This document shows positions 10,577-23,399 of a stretch of DNA of 64,000 nucleotides, in pieces; the first letter of the stretch is position 1, and each line of letters starts with the position of its first letter. A program made the position numbers and the translations under genes. Under the pieces are notes generated by a model, which saw nothing but the letters and a program-made list of their open reading frames with translations, was not told where the DNA came from and searched no databases. Origin of the DNA: Octopus sinensis (Eukaryota); contig NC_043003.1 of NCBI RefSeq assembly GCF_006345805.1, positions 19,964,001-20,028,000 of the forward strand, given 5' to 3'.

Positions 10577-11143
10577 TTGTGTTGCCCGGAAAGTTCGTGC
10601 CGATTTTTAAAGGAAAGAAAAAAGGTCAATAAATACTTGCCATTACAATTTTAATCAACCGAATATGAACCATTTTGTTGCACAATGCGTCTCCATCTTT
10701 CCTTTTATTTGAAAATACCCTCTTCCCAGAATTGAGGGGGTTTCATGGCAAAGAATTCATCAACGTATCTTTTTACGTCATCCAAGGAATTGAAATTTTT
10801 ACCATTAAGACTATTCTGCAGAGACCTGAATAAGTGGTAATCCGAAGGAGCAATATCTGGTGAATATAGAGGGTGGGGTAACACATCCCAGCCGAGCTGC
10901 AGCAATTCTTGTCTGGTTCCCAAAGTATCAAGTGCTGAAAATGAACTTTCTTATCTTCCATTTTAAAGGGTTACAGAATTAACACAAGTTATAGGAAGAT
11001 AAACTTCCTTCCACGAAAAGATAGCTTAAACTGTGCTCTAAATGGAGGTGTAGTCAAATCCTATTTTATGGACACAACCATGTTCTAAAATAAGTCGAAA
11101 GGTAAGCTACTATAAATCGGCACGGACTTTCCGGACAACCCAA
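10577..11143 (-). mobile_element. Internally deleted mariner transposon (567 bp) with TIRs and TA target duplication
   Basis: ~30-bp TIRs ttg(t/g)gttg(c/t)ccggaaagt(t/c)cgtgccgattt, TA on both sides (10575-76, 11144-45), mariner transposase remnants inside. Confidence 0.92.
10651..10961 (-). pseudogene. Mariner transposase remnant: N-terminus fused out of frame to C-terminus
   Basis: MEDKKVHFQHLILW followed in another frame by TRQELLQLGWDVLPHPLYSPDIAPSDYHLFRSLQN (mariner YSPDLAP(S)D motif) ...GIFK*KERWRRIVQQNGSYSVD*. Confidence 0.9.
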
Positions 11144-11419
11144 TAGAATAGTCATCTATTTCGAGTCTACCGATGCCTTACGAGTGAAATTCGAGAGACA
11201 GAAATTGAATAGAAGACCGTCGAGCGGAATGTACTTTTACACAATAAAGTAAATCCATGATATATGTTGCGCCACGCTGATTTAACCTGAGAATTGCGTT
11301 AAGGGCACACTTGTCTGTGGAATACTCGCCTACCTACGCAATAATTTCAATGGGTTGGTAATTAAGTTGTTGGAACAACTTGAAGATCTATTTTCGACTG
11401 AGAGAGGTCCATTCACAGC

Positions 11420-11672
11420 ATGTCCGAATGGTTGAAAACTCCGCTTCAGGGTCAATCCCTGTAATTTTCTATAGCCTCGTGTCGACCCATTCATTGTAAG
11501 TGAAATTGGGTAGACAGAAACTGTATAAAGGTCCGTCGTCCACCATTTCTACTCACAAGGCTGTGGTCGGCCCGAGGTTATAATAGAAGACACATGCCCA
11601 ATGTACCAGTCAGTGGAACTGAACCCGTGGCTGAGAAGCAAGCTTCTTACCACATAGCCACACTTGCACCTA
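11420..11672. mobile_element. Two degenerate family-B-like 5' fragments in opposite orientation
   Basis: ctatagcctcgtgtcgaccca...gtagacagaaactg (+) then ccgaggttataatagaagacac...aagcttcttaccacatagccac (-). Confidence 0.55.
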
Positions 11673-11762
11673 TATCATATAAAATATATATAAACCTACC
11701 AAGTAGACATACAAACCTGGCGTGCGTAACAGTTTCTGCGTTGACTGAAAAGTGATGAACAG

Positions 11763-11803
11763 CCCTATTCAATTCTCGACCATTATTGAGGTCTCATCAG
11801 GGG
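11763..11803 (-). ncRNA. Decayed type I hammerhead motif
   Basis: CCC-CUGAUGA-GACC-UCAAUAAU-GGUC-GAGA-AUUGAA-UA-GGG: stems I and II intact, GAAA changed to GAGA, stem III broken. Confidence 0.45.
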
Positions 11804-11954
11804 TAACCACATCACTCGACCAATTCCAGAGAAATAAGATATCAATATATTTATGTACAGTAAATGCAGTAGCTTTAGAGAAGTGGAGCTGCTAATTTAC
11901 ATACCATAAGTGCGTAATTCTATATTTAAGATAGATTTGATTTTGGATATAGCA

Positions 11955-12105
11955 GCGCACATGGTTCCGGATTCAGTCCCACTGCGTGGCACTTTGGGCA
12001 AGTGTCTTCTATTATAGCCTTGGACCGACCAAAGCCTTGTGAGTGGATTTGGTAAACGGAAACTGAAAGAAGCCCGTCGAATATATATATATATATATGT
12101 ATATA

Positions 12106-12136
<31 letters not shown>

Positions 12137-12325
12137 TTGTCCCCGCAACATCGCTTGACAACCGATACTGGTGTGTGTTTACGTCCTCGAAACTTAGCGG
12201 TTCGGCAAAAGAAACCGATAGAATAAGTACTAGGCTTACAAAGAATAAGTCCTTGGGTCAATTTAGTCGAGTAAAGGCGGGCTCCAGCATGGCCGAGCTC
12301 AAATGACTGGAACAAGTAACAGAAT
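11955..12325 (+). mobile_element. SINE family B
   Basis: catggttccggattcagtcccactgcgtggc...aactgaaagaagcccgtcg(TA)n(TG)n...ctccagcatggcc...aacaagtaa. Confidence 0.9.
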
Positions 12326-12358
12326 ATATATATATATATAAAATATGTGCATCATACA

Positions 12359-12395
<37 letters not shown>

Positions 12396-13634
12396 ATATA
12401 TATATATATATATATATATAATAAATATTACATTTTATCTCACATATATATTATTACAATATAGGTAACATAGAATTTTATGGATATATATACATACCCA
12501 CACAAATACATACACACACACTCACGCACTCACACACTCACACACACGCATTACACATGCACAGACACATATAGAGAAACATAAAATGAAGATAATGGAA
12601 TAATCCAGCACCTGCATAAAATTGTTCATTATAAAAAATGCAAAAATTCGTTGTAGGAATCAGTTTCTTGTTTACGCGCTCGCGCGCACACGCACACACG
12701 CATGTACATATGTATGCATGTGTGTATGTATGTATCAGAACAAGAAGAACAATGGAACATCTGCAAAATTCTTGATTGAAAATTTTGCACAAATCGTTGT
12801 AGAAATCAGGCTTTCCCAGTATGATGATTTTGATTTATTTTAAAATTTTCATAGTTTTTTTCCCCATTTAGCTTAAATTCTTATTCCTTTATTTATATTT
12901 TGATTAATTATATTAAATTTATATAATTCATTACATTTATATCCAATCAGGGAAGTTGTAAACTCCACGACTCTAAATGGCACTATGGATAAACAAGCAC
13001 CACACTTTTTTATCAGTTAACTATGCATCTACAACACGACGCTATTTTAATTCTTTATGCACTTTATATATTCTTTTCTATTCTAGGCACAATAGAATAG
13101 AAAAGTTCTATTGTGTATAATGTAGTCTACACGTCAGAAAGACGTGTCCACGAATGTCCTCTTATCTTCAGACTATACGTATGTCCTCTTCTTGTATGAT
13201 GCGTCAACTTTGGAGAATTTCTCTCCTTCTCATAAGGAATCAATCTTAATTGCCTTTTGGTAATTATGGCACATCTTCTGAGAGTGCAGATAGTGTTAAT
13301 AAATAAAGAATGTATATCGTATGGTATTTGATATACTTGCATTTGTCTATGTTAAAATACACACCATTGTGCGTTATTTTTCTTAGTTCGTTTTTATCTT
13401 AAATTACACTTGTACTATAGACGAGCGACTAACCACTCATGCTGAATAAATGATTTCCTGAAAGATAACTGGAACTTGACATCATTAATTGAACAAATTT
13501 GAAACATGGTCATGGTATATGAGAAACAGACATAGCATCGTTCTTTTGATTTTCTCTTAGTAGGATGTCAAATCGATACCAGACAACGGGGCTAGACTAG
13601 AGCGGGAGGTTAGATAAGGTAGGAGAGCTAGGCC

Positions 13635-14224
13635 AGAGAGGAGGGCCATAAATTTCTTGGGGTGCGGGGTAGTCGATTACATCTACCTCAGTGCTCAACT
13701 GGCTCTTATTTCATCGACTTCTGTAAGGATGAAAAGCGAAATTAATCCCGGCAGAATTTGAATTCAGAACGTACGGAAGGACAAAACGCCGCTCAGCATT
13801 TTGCTTGTTCTGCTAACGATTCTTATTTCTTTATTGCCCACAAGGGGCTAAACATAGACGAGACAAACAAGGATGGATAAACGGATTAAGTCGATTACAT
13901 CGACGCCAGTGCGTAACTGGTACTTATTTAATCGACCCCGAAAGGATAAAAGGCAAAGTCGACCTCGGCGGAATTTGAACTCAGAACACAGCGGCAGATG
14001 AAATACCTATTTTTTTACTACCCGCAAGGGGCTAAACACAGAGAAGACAAACAAAGACAGACAAATGAATTAAGTCGATTATATCGACCCCAGTGCGTAA
14101 CTGGTACTTATTTAATCGACCCCGAAAGAATGAAAGGCGAATTTGAACTCAGGACGTAGGGGCAGACGAAATACCGCTAAACACTTCGCCCGGTATGCTA
14201 ACGATTCTGTCAGCTCACCGCTTT
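13635..14224 (-). mobile_element. Nested SINE family A cluster (old host interrupted by a multimeric young copy)
   Basis: Three A-body modules; junctions gctaacgattct|tatttc (13820) and aaatac|ctattt (14001). Confidence 0.85.
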
Positions 14225-14861
14225 AGGTTACATTAAAATAATATAAATGAACTTATAAACCTATCGTATCTCCAAGCAACGACACAGCGAACATAGCTGA
14301 AAGAGACCATTCACTATTTTTGACTGCTGTCCACGAGCAGTAAACAATCATTCGGAGTCTTACGATGTATTTTGTTTACCCCAGTCTTTTCAGATCACTC
14401 ACAGTCTTATCAGGGTGCTCTCATCCTGCCGAAAGTTTTCAGGACAACTGTAGATTAGTTGTGTGTAATAAACATGATAATTCGTACGCTCTTTGTAAAT
14501 AAAACTCGCTGTGAGAAGCCACTTTGTGTCATTCGATCAAAAAACAAATAAAAGATATAAAAACTCCCCTCCAAACAAAAAAAAATCAACAAAAAAAAAT
14601 CCGAAAAAAAACCCCAAAAACAAAAAAGAACACTACAGTTACTCGTATTTTCAAATATTTAGGAAAATGTATTTTTTTTTCTTTTCTGCTTTGGGATTCT
14701 AGATTATCGCTTGACTAAGCGATTACGAGTTTTAACATTATCTTCTTTTATCTTCTTATACTTGCTTCTGTCATTGGACTGCGCCCATACCAAGGTGCTG
14801 TCTTGAAGGATTAGATCGACTAAATCCACACATGTACTTATTTTCAAAGTCTGGTACTTAT

Positions 14862-14864
<3 letters not shown>

Positions 14865-14948
<84 letters not shown>
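14865..14948. repeat. (TATC)n microsatellite
   Basis: Read directly. Confidence 0.95.
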
Positions 14949-14949
<1 letters not shown>

Positions 14950-15060
14950 AATTTAAATAATAAGGGTGAAAAATTGAATATTTATTTGATTAATATCAAT
15001 TTAAAACCAGTGCCCTAGCATATTGAAAAATCTGAAGATTTAGAAAAATTATATTACATG

Positions 15061-15328
15061 CATATAAGAGGGATGACCACTAAGTGGACATCCATTATGC
15101 TAGATGTAGACCCTATATGATCTGACCACAAGGAAAAGATTGTTCTCAAGAAAATTCAGCAAACGCCAGAACGTACGCGAGCAAGACATCTTTTCATTTG
15201 TCTTGCTCGCTTACGTTCTGGAGGTTTGCTGGCGTTTTCTTGAGAACAATTTTTTCCTTGTGGTCAGGCCATACGGGGTCTACATCTAGCATAATGGATG
15301 TCCACTTAGTGGTCATCCCTCTTATATG
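15061..15328. repeat. Foldback inverted repeat, ~130-bp arms with a 10-nt loop
   Basis: catataagagggatgaccactaagtggacatccattatgctagatgtagacc...gagcaagaca / tcttttcatt / tgtcttgctc...ggtctacatctagcataatggatgtccacttagtggtcatccctcttatatg. Confidence 0.9.
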
Positions 15329-15707
15329 TATCTATATATATATAGGCGTAGTTCTTGTGCAACTACACCTGGCGTAGTTCTTGTACAAGAAGAGGTGTTT
15401 TACGTAACTTCGTCTATGCATATTTTATCACCCTCCATTTTTTTAACGATTTTTTAACGATTGTAACCGGTATTAAACTAACGTTATACTGAACTCTTCA
15501 TCTTTGCCATCTATCTATCTATCGTATGGGTGTGCGTGTGTGTATGTGTGTGTAAATGTGTAAATTATACCTTACTATTGTAAAGGGTTTCAATACATCA
15601 ATGCTTTTTCAAAGGCAAATCAAAAACAGGGTTGCATTGAGGTGTATATGCAATTGTAAGGTTTTTAAGTATTTATAAATAACACGCGCTCTGCATAATG
15701 ACGTACT

Positions 15708-15807
15708 NNNNNNNNNNNNNNNNNNNNNNNNNNNNNNNNNNNNNNNNNNNNNNNNNNNNNNNNNNNNNNNNNNNNNNNNNNNNNNNNNNNNNNNNNNNNN
15801 NNNNNNN
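15708..15807. other. Assembly gap (100 N)
   Basis: Run of exactly 100 N, typical of a fixed-size scaffold join. Confidence 0.98.
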
Positions 15808-15889
15808 CAGTTAGAGTTAGTATGCTTAATGTAGCGAGTATTAAATATCCAATTAAAAATAATTATGTGATAAGGAAATCATTAACAAC

Positions 15890-17000
15890 CAACATTAACT
15901 CAATGGCTGAATCGTTTGTCCAGAGCCGTAGGAAATGCCACTACATAAAAATTGTTAGCGGCATTTCCTCCGGCTCTTTACGTTCTGAGTTCAAATTCCA
16001 CCGAGGTCGGCATCACTTTTCTCCGTTTCAAGGTCGATAAAATAAGTACCAGTTGATCACTGGCATCAATGTAATTAACTCATCCCTCCAAAGAAATGCT
16101 GTCATGGTGCCAAAATTTTAAACCATTATTTTAATCATTTCAGGGCGATGAGCTGATAGAAATATTTAAGTATCCGATAAAATGGTTTCCGCTTCTTTAC
16201 GTTTTGGGTTCAAATCCCGTTGAGATCATCTTTGCGTATAGCCCCCTCCGGAGTCGATAAAATAAATTACCAGTCATGTACTAGGGACAGTGTACCTGAA
16301 TAACCCCTCTCCTCAAAACTGCTTGTATTATAACTCAGCACTTTGCATACAGTTTAGATTACAAAAATCATTGTTTTTATAATTTCGGGGCAGCAGATTG
16401 AAGATATGCAATGTGGTATTTGACCCGGTTCTTTGCGTTCTGAGTTCGAATCAAGCTGAGGTCAACTATGCATTTGATCTCCTTCAGGCTCAGTAAAAGA
16501 AAGCACCAGCCAAATGCTGGTAATGTATTTTATCGACCCTGGAGGAAATGAATCAACTGTTCTCCTTCCAAATTTCTGGCCACGTGTCGGTGTTAGAAAC
16601 AATTACAGGTACATTACAGGTAATATTACGTAAATCTAAGGCGGCGATCTGGCAGAAACGTTAGCACGCCGGGCGAAATGCTCAGCAGTATTTTGTCTGT
16701 CGCTATGTTCTGAGTTCAAATTCCGTTGAGGTCGACTTTGCCTTTTATCCTTTCGGGGTCGATATGTTAAGTACCAGTTGCGCACTGGGGTCGATCTAAT
16801 CGACTGATCCACTCCCCCACAATTTCGGGTCTTGTGCCTAGAGTAAAAAGAATTTTACGTAAATCTATATTCCTTGTTAATATTAAATGTAACGTTAAGT
16901 CGCCCTTGGTGAAATTTGAACTCAGAACGTAAAGACGGACGAAATTTCACTAAATATTTTATCCAGCTTACAATCGATTCTGCCATTTCACCATCTTAAA
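15890..17000. mobile_element. Cluster of about 5 SINE family A copies of mixed age (four +, one -)
   Basis: Repeated ttctgagttcaaatt...tcgataaaataagtaccag motifs near 15985, 16205, 16440 and 16710 (+) and 16920 (-). Confidence 0.75.
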
Positions 17001-17127
17001 AGCATTAATGAAACGTGATTCCTGTTGTCCTTCTTTAATTCTCACGGCAGAGTTGTTACGCAGCAGAATTAAGATAAATAATATTCCAGCCTTATTTTAA
17101 CCTATTTTTTGATTACATTTTCTTTTA

Positions 17128-17526
17128 CACGTTTCAGTCATTTGACTGTAGCCATGTTGGAGCACCGCCTTAAAGGGCTTTTGTCGAAGAATTCGACCCC
17201 AGGACTTATTCTTTGTAATCCTATTACTTATTCTATCGATTTCCTTTGCCGAACCGCTATGTCACAGGGACATAAACACATCAACATCGGTTCTCAAGCG
17301 ATGGTGGGGAAGGGGATAAACACAGTCACAAAGACACACATAAACACACATATACACACACGCACTTACACATACACACACATATATTCGACGGGCTTCT
17401 TTCAGTTGCCGTCTACCAAATGTAGTCACAAGGCCGGCCGGCCCGAGGCTATAGTAGAAGACACCTACCCAAAGTGGTGTAGTGGGACTGAAGCCGGAAC
17501 CGTGTGGTCATAAAGCAAGCTTCTTA
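17128..17526 (-). mobile_element. SINE family B, head cut by a SINE A insertion
   Basis: B body on the minus strand; ends at gcaagcttctt, where a family A tail begins. Confidence 0.85.
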
Positions 17527-17890
17527 TTTCTTTATTGCCCTCAAGGGGCTATACATAGAGGGGACAAACAAGGACAAACAAAGGGATTAAGTCGATTACA
17601 TCGACTCCAGTGCGTAACTGGTACTTAATTTATCGACCCCGAAAGGATGAAAGGCAAAGTCGACCTCAACGGAATTTGAACTCACAACGTAACGGCAGAC
17701 CAAATACCTATTTCTTTACTACCCACAAGGGGATAAACACAGAGGGGACGAAGAAGGACAGACAAAGGGATTACGTCGATTACATCAACCCCAATGCGTA
17801 ACTGGTACTTAATTTATCGACCCCGAAAGGATGAAAGGCAAAATTGATCTCGGCGGAATTTGAACTCAGAACGCAGCGGCTGACAAACCG
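17521..17890 (-). mobile_element. SINE family A multimer
   Basis: Two A modules joined at aaatac|ctatttc (17702). Confidence 0.85.
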
Positions 17891-18161
17891 CCGTTTCTAT
17901 TTGTTGTTTAAGACGGCAGAATCTAATTCAAGAGGATTGGACTGTTATTCCTAGCAGGACGAGCGAAAGCGTTGAGGTTCCATCGTTTTTGATAGAATGT
18001 GCTAAATTAAAAATATGTAAATAGCAGAAAGGAAATAATAACAGGAATTGGATGTCTTAGGTATAATATAACATAGAAATATTGGTGTAATGTAGGAATA
18101 TTGGTATAACATGGAAATATTGTTAAAGAGATGCAAAAGTAGATAGACAGACTGAAGAGAG

Positions 18162-18205
<44 letters not shown>

Positions 18206-18277
18206 AGACAGAGAGAGAAAGAGGAGGGTGGGAGGGAGAGAGTTTATAAATAACAGGAATCAAGCCGTGTTCATCAT

Positions 18278-18321
<44 letters not shown>

Positions 18322-18519
18322 GGTTGTATCTATGGATGTATATGTAAGCCTGAATTTATCCATGTATAATACTTATATATACATACATGCATATATATAC
18401 GCACATATATATATATATGTACGCAGATATATATATATATATATTATATATAATATATATATACGTACACACACAGACAGACACACCCACACACGCATAT
18501 ATATATATATATATATATA

Positions 18520-18723
18520 GGGTTCAAGAAGTCTTGGACAGATTCCTTCAAGAAATCCCGGATAAACCCCACACCCGGATATGTCTCTGTAAACAATAAC
18601 TCTCTACTTGAGTGGGCCATAGTGCCCAATTCTGACTTGAAAGACTTCACCAGGTGGTGCTATTAAGTTAGACAGGCATGGGCCAATAATGGCCGAAAAC
18701 TATCAAAGTATCAAAGTATCAAA

Positions 18724-18726
<3 letters not shown>
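18520..18726 (+). mobile_element. 5'-truncated CR1-clade LINE 3' end with (TATCAAAG)n tail, inside (TA)n
   Basis: Near-identical to the 3' end of the 61283-62561 LINE; encodes ...LDRFLQEIPDKP. Confidence 0.9.
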
Positions 18727-18765
<39 letters not shown>

Positions 18766-18922
18766 ATATAAACGCACACTCAAATCTGACTACCAATCCT
18801 TTTATCTATCTATCTATCATCGTATGTGTGTGTGTATACGTACACACGCACATACATATGCATGCATGTAATATATATATGTATATATATATAGGTATAT
18901 ATATACATATATAGATATGTAT

Positions 18923-18980
<58 letters not shown>

Positions 18981-19348
18981 GTATATGTATATAAGTATAT
19001 ATATATATACATATATATATATAGTATATGTATATAAGTATATATATATATTATATATATATATATATATAATATCTATCTACTTGCATGACGTTACATA
19101 CCCGCACGCATGCAACCGTCCTTGTACGATCGAATGCACTCGTACGCATTTATGACTGGTTGATAAGTAACGGTACTTACAATAGAATCGCATGTAATTC
19201 TATAGAACTCGCAACGGGATAGCGATGTATTGGTATTGCTTCAGAACCTATCATCTGTAAATGCGTGTAACTGTGTGCGTGTGGTGTGCGCATTAAAAAG
19301 TGCGCATGTGTCTTGGTATGTAAGTATGTATGTATGCATTACGTGTGT

Positions 19349-19393
<45 letters not shown>

Positions 19394-19509
19394 CGTGCGC
19401 ATGAACTCGCCTATTCAAGCTCTGAAGATGAAACATCTTGGAAGTTACAACCTTTTGAAATATGATGTAATATAATAATATAATATAATATATAATATGA
19501 TACAAAGAT

Positions 19510-19524
19510 AATAATAATAATAAT

Positions 19525-19555
<31 letters not shown>

Positions 19556-19790
19556 GTAATAGTAATAATAATAATAGTAATAATAATAATATAATAATAA
19601 TAATAATGATTAATCTAATAATATAATAAACTAGTAATAGTACAATATAATAATAGTAACAATAATAATAATAATATAGTAATAATAATAATATATATAA
19701 TATAATAATAGTAATAATAATAATAATAAACTACAGAATAATAATAATAATAATAGTAATAGTAATAATAATGATGATGATGATAATGAT
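19510..19790. repeat. Degenerate (TAA/TAG/TGA)n array
   Basis: Read directly. Confidence 0.95.
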
Positions 19791-20402
19791 ATATATATGT
19801 ACGTGTACATTCATATATATAAGCACAATCTTATGACTGTATGCATGTGTGTGTGTATATATATATATATGAATGGATCTACATAGTACTAAACCCTATG
19901 TATGTATGTTTGTATGTAGGCATACAGGCTTGCATGTAAGTCGTAGAAAAACAGACATACAGTTACCTACACACCTGAACACATACAAACAACCCCACCC
20001 TCAAATATATGTCTATATATGTGTATGTATACACACACATTAACACACACACACACACACACATCTTCATCAAAACGCTTCTGTCGCAGCTCTTTCTGAA
20101 CAGGTTGGTGCCTTTGTATAAATCATTCACCACCTATCAGTGGATGCCATTCCTGTGTCTTGCAGAAAATGATATAAAGAACATGTTCAGACCTTCACAA
20201 ATGCAAGCAAAACCCTAAGTCACATGCATATAAACCTGAACAAATGCATGAACTGCATATGTGTGTGTATATGTATGTTTGTGTGTGTGTGTGTGTGTGT
20301 GCGTGTATATATATATATGATATATATATGTATGTATGTAGGTATCTGTCTGTGTGTATATGTATATATATGTCTGTGTGAGAATGTGTGTTAAGTAAAT
20401 TA

Positions 20403-20480
<78 letters not shown>

Positions 20481-20708
20481 CTATCTATTATCTATCTATA
20501 TATCTAATATTATATATATAATATATATATTATATATATATATATTATATATGGTATATATATATATACATATATATACATATGTAAATCTACTTGTAAA
20601 TACCTTATATATAATATATGTGTGCGTCTATTCCACACACATACAGAAAAAATGAATATCTATAGATACAAACTAACAAAAAAATATATAAACACACACA
20701 CACCCATA

Positions 20709-20760
<52 letters not shown>

Positions 20761-21028
20761 GAAAGACATACGTATACAATTCCGTTTTTGATTTTTCTTT
20801 CATTTCATCTTTTGTGCGCAACATCTTTCATCCAGCCGCCATACTATATTCTACCTATCAATCGATATACGTTCACACACACACTCTCTCTCTCCTCCTT
20901 CTCTGTCTCTCTCTCCTGCTCCTTCCTCTCCTTTCCAACTCTTCTTCTTTGGTTCGCTATCTGAACATCTCTTCTCTGTGCACAGCTCAACTTTGCACTT
21001 TGTCTCCTGCTCTCATTCTCCTCACCGC

Positions 21029-21087
<59 letters not shown>

Positions 21088-21656
21088 TATATATATATGT
21101 ATATATATATCACACATATATATTATACACATACATATATGTATATATATATATATATATACACACACACATTATATATATACACACACACATATATATA
21201 TAGTATACACATACACACACACATATATTATATACACATACATATTATATACACACATACATATATAACATACATATATATATATATATATATATTATAT
21301 ATGTGTGTGGTGTGTGTGTGTATATATATCTGTAGCTATATCTCTCTCTCTATATATATATGTATATACGCATATATATGATTATAAATACATACGTACA
21401 TGCGTATATGCGTATATGCATACACACACACACATGGTTCACTTATCTAATAGTTCCAGGATTCATACATAGACAGACTTACTGCTTGCACGTCTACATA
21501 CCTACACCCATTCTATCACCCACCTATCACACATACACCCACCCACACACCCACACACCCACACTCCCACACACGCACGCACGCACGCACAAGTATATTC
21601 CCCCATCGCACACACAGTCATACATACGCCATAGCGCTTACACACACACACACATA

Positions 21657-21688
<32 letters not shown>

Positions 21689-21757
21689 GCATCACAAACT
21701 CCTCAGATATATATTTACACGCATCTTAGCTTTACACATATACTCTCGCAAGTATTC

Positions 21758-21804
<47 letters not shown>

Positions 21805-22142
21805 ATATGCACTTGCCCGCCGTATGCACATACATATACTCGCAGCCAATGCATGCACTCTCTTCGTCGCATATACTAGCATTCAAACGCACCTTAATTG
21901 TACGTCTGCGCTCACCTGGATCAATATATACATTTTAATTCACGCGCGTGCACTTATACACACACACATACACACATAAACATTATGCTTAAATGTAAAA
22001 AGGAAAACGAACTGACTATGCGTGCGTAAACTTCAAAATTTGATGCGAATGACAATCGGTGGGAAGGTTTTTTTTTTTCTTTTGAAATTTGTAATTCGGT
22101 TATATTACTGTATCATGATTTCAATTCCTGTATGGATAAAAC

Positions 22143-22185
<43 letters not shown>

Positions 22186-22259
22186 CACACTCATATATAA
22201 CACGTGTACATATAATATGTATATATATATATGTATATATATGTATATATATGTATGTA

Positions 22260-22335
<76 letters not shown>

Positions 22336-22361
22336 TATGTATATGTATATTATGTATATGT

Positions 22362-22570
22362 GTCTCTGTGTTTGTCCCCCTAACATCGCTTGACAACCGA
22401 TGCTGGTTTGTTTACGTCGCCGTAACTTAGCGGCTTGGCAAAAGAGACCGATGGAATAAGTACTAGGCTTACAAAGAATAAGCCCTGGGGTTGATTTGTT
22501 CGACTAAAGGCGGTGCTCCAGCATCACCGGAGTCAAATGACTGAAACAAGTAAAAGAGTAAAAGAGTTAT
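22362..22570 (+). mobile_element. SINE family B, 3' half
   Basis: tgtgtttgtccccctaacatcgcttgacaaccgatgctgg...aacaagtaaaagagtaaaagag. Confidence 0.85.
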
Positions 22571-23399
22571 ATATGGAACGTGTACATGTGCGCATTCTTT
22601 GAGATTTATTTAAGAACTTGGCAGCATTTAAGCCTGTCACTAACAAAGTGACGATGTATTTTTTTGTCTGGTTCAAGACAGCTCTAGAGATTTGTGAACA
22701 TTGCTGTTAATATATGCATAGTTATATGTAGGTGCGAAAGACGGGCACATTTCTCTTTTTGATGCATGAGTGTGTGTGTGTGTGTTTGTGTGTGTATAGC
22801 AAATGCCTATATGGGATCTTGTGTAATGTTTATTTTTGGAGACTCGCTTAAAGAATCTTTGCATTAAATTTGCAAATTATTATTGTAGCACTAAATGATT
22901 GGATTTAGAGGACGCGATTTAGTTTGCTTTGTTTTTGTTTTGTGAAAACTTCTGTATTTCAAGTTTTTTTTCTGTAATGAAATTTGTTCTTATAAAACTG
23001 ATTGTGCCTTTTTGTCAGAGGTAAAATAGAACAAATGGAATGAGGAAATAAGAGCGAGAACGTTAGACAATGCCAGACGTTATGAAAGGTAGACAAAATA
23101 TACAAAAGTGGCGGACAGAAGGGAAACACACACACACATACACACACACATACACAAACTAAACTAATATGAAAAATTGTGCACAGTGAATTTATTGTAC
23201 GCCGAAATGAGGAAAAAACAAAAAAGTAGACTGACGTTTTTGGTGAACTCTTTATCAAAGTAGAAGAAAGAAAGAAAGAAAGAAAGAAACAAGAGAAAAG
23301 ATACAAGAAAAGAAACGATACCTGTTTAAAATTTGTGTGCATCTTTCGACTACATGCTATAGAATGCTTTTATCATAGATATAAATGAAAATCTATAGT

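Noticed and set aside
13127-13380. Possible CR1 relic (NGVYFNIDKCKYI; RRGHTYSLK) and a CTGAAGA motif
   Set aside because: The two peptide hints are far too close for CR1 spacing and lie in different frames; no GAAA or stem II follows the CTGAAGA.
14375-14420. CTGATAA...GAAA on the minus strand as a hammerhead
   Set aside because: G8A is uncompensated, there is no UH site, and the stems are inconsistent.
15025-15055. CTGAAGA...GAAA beside the foldback
   Set aside because: Only 4 nt separate the motifs, so stem II cannot form.
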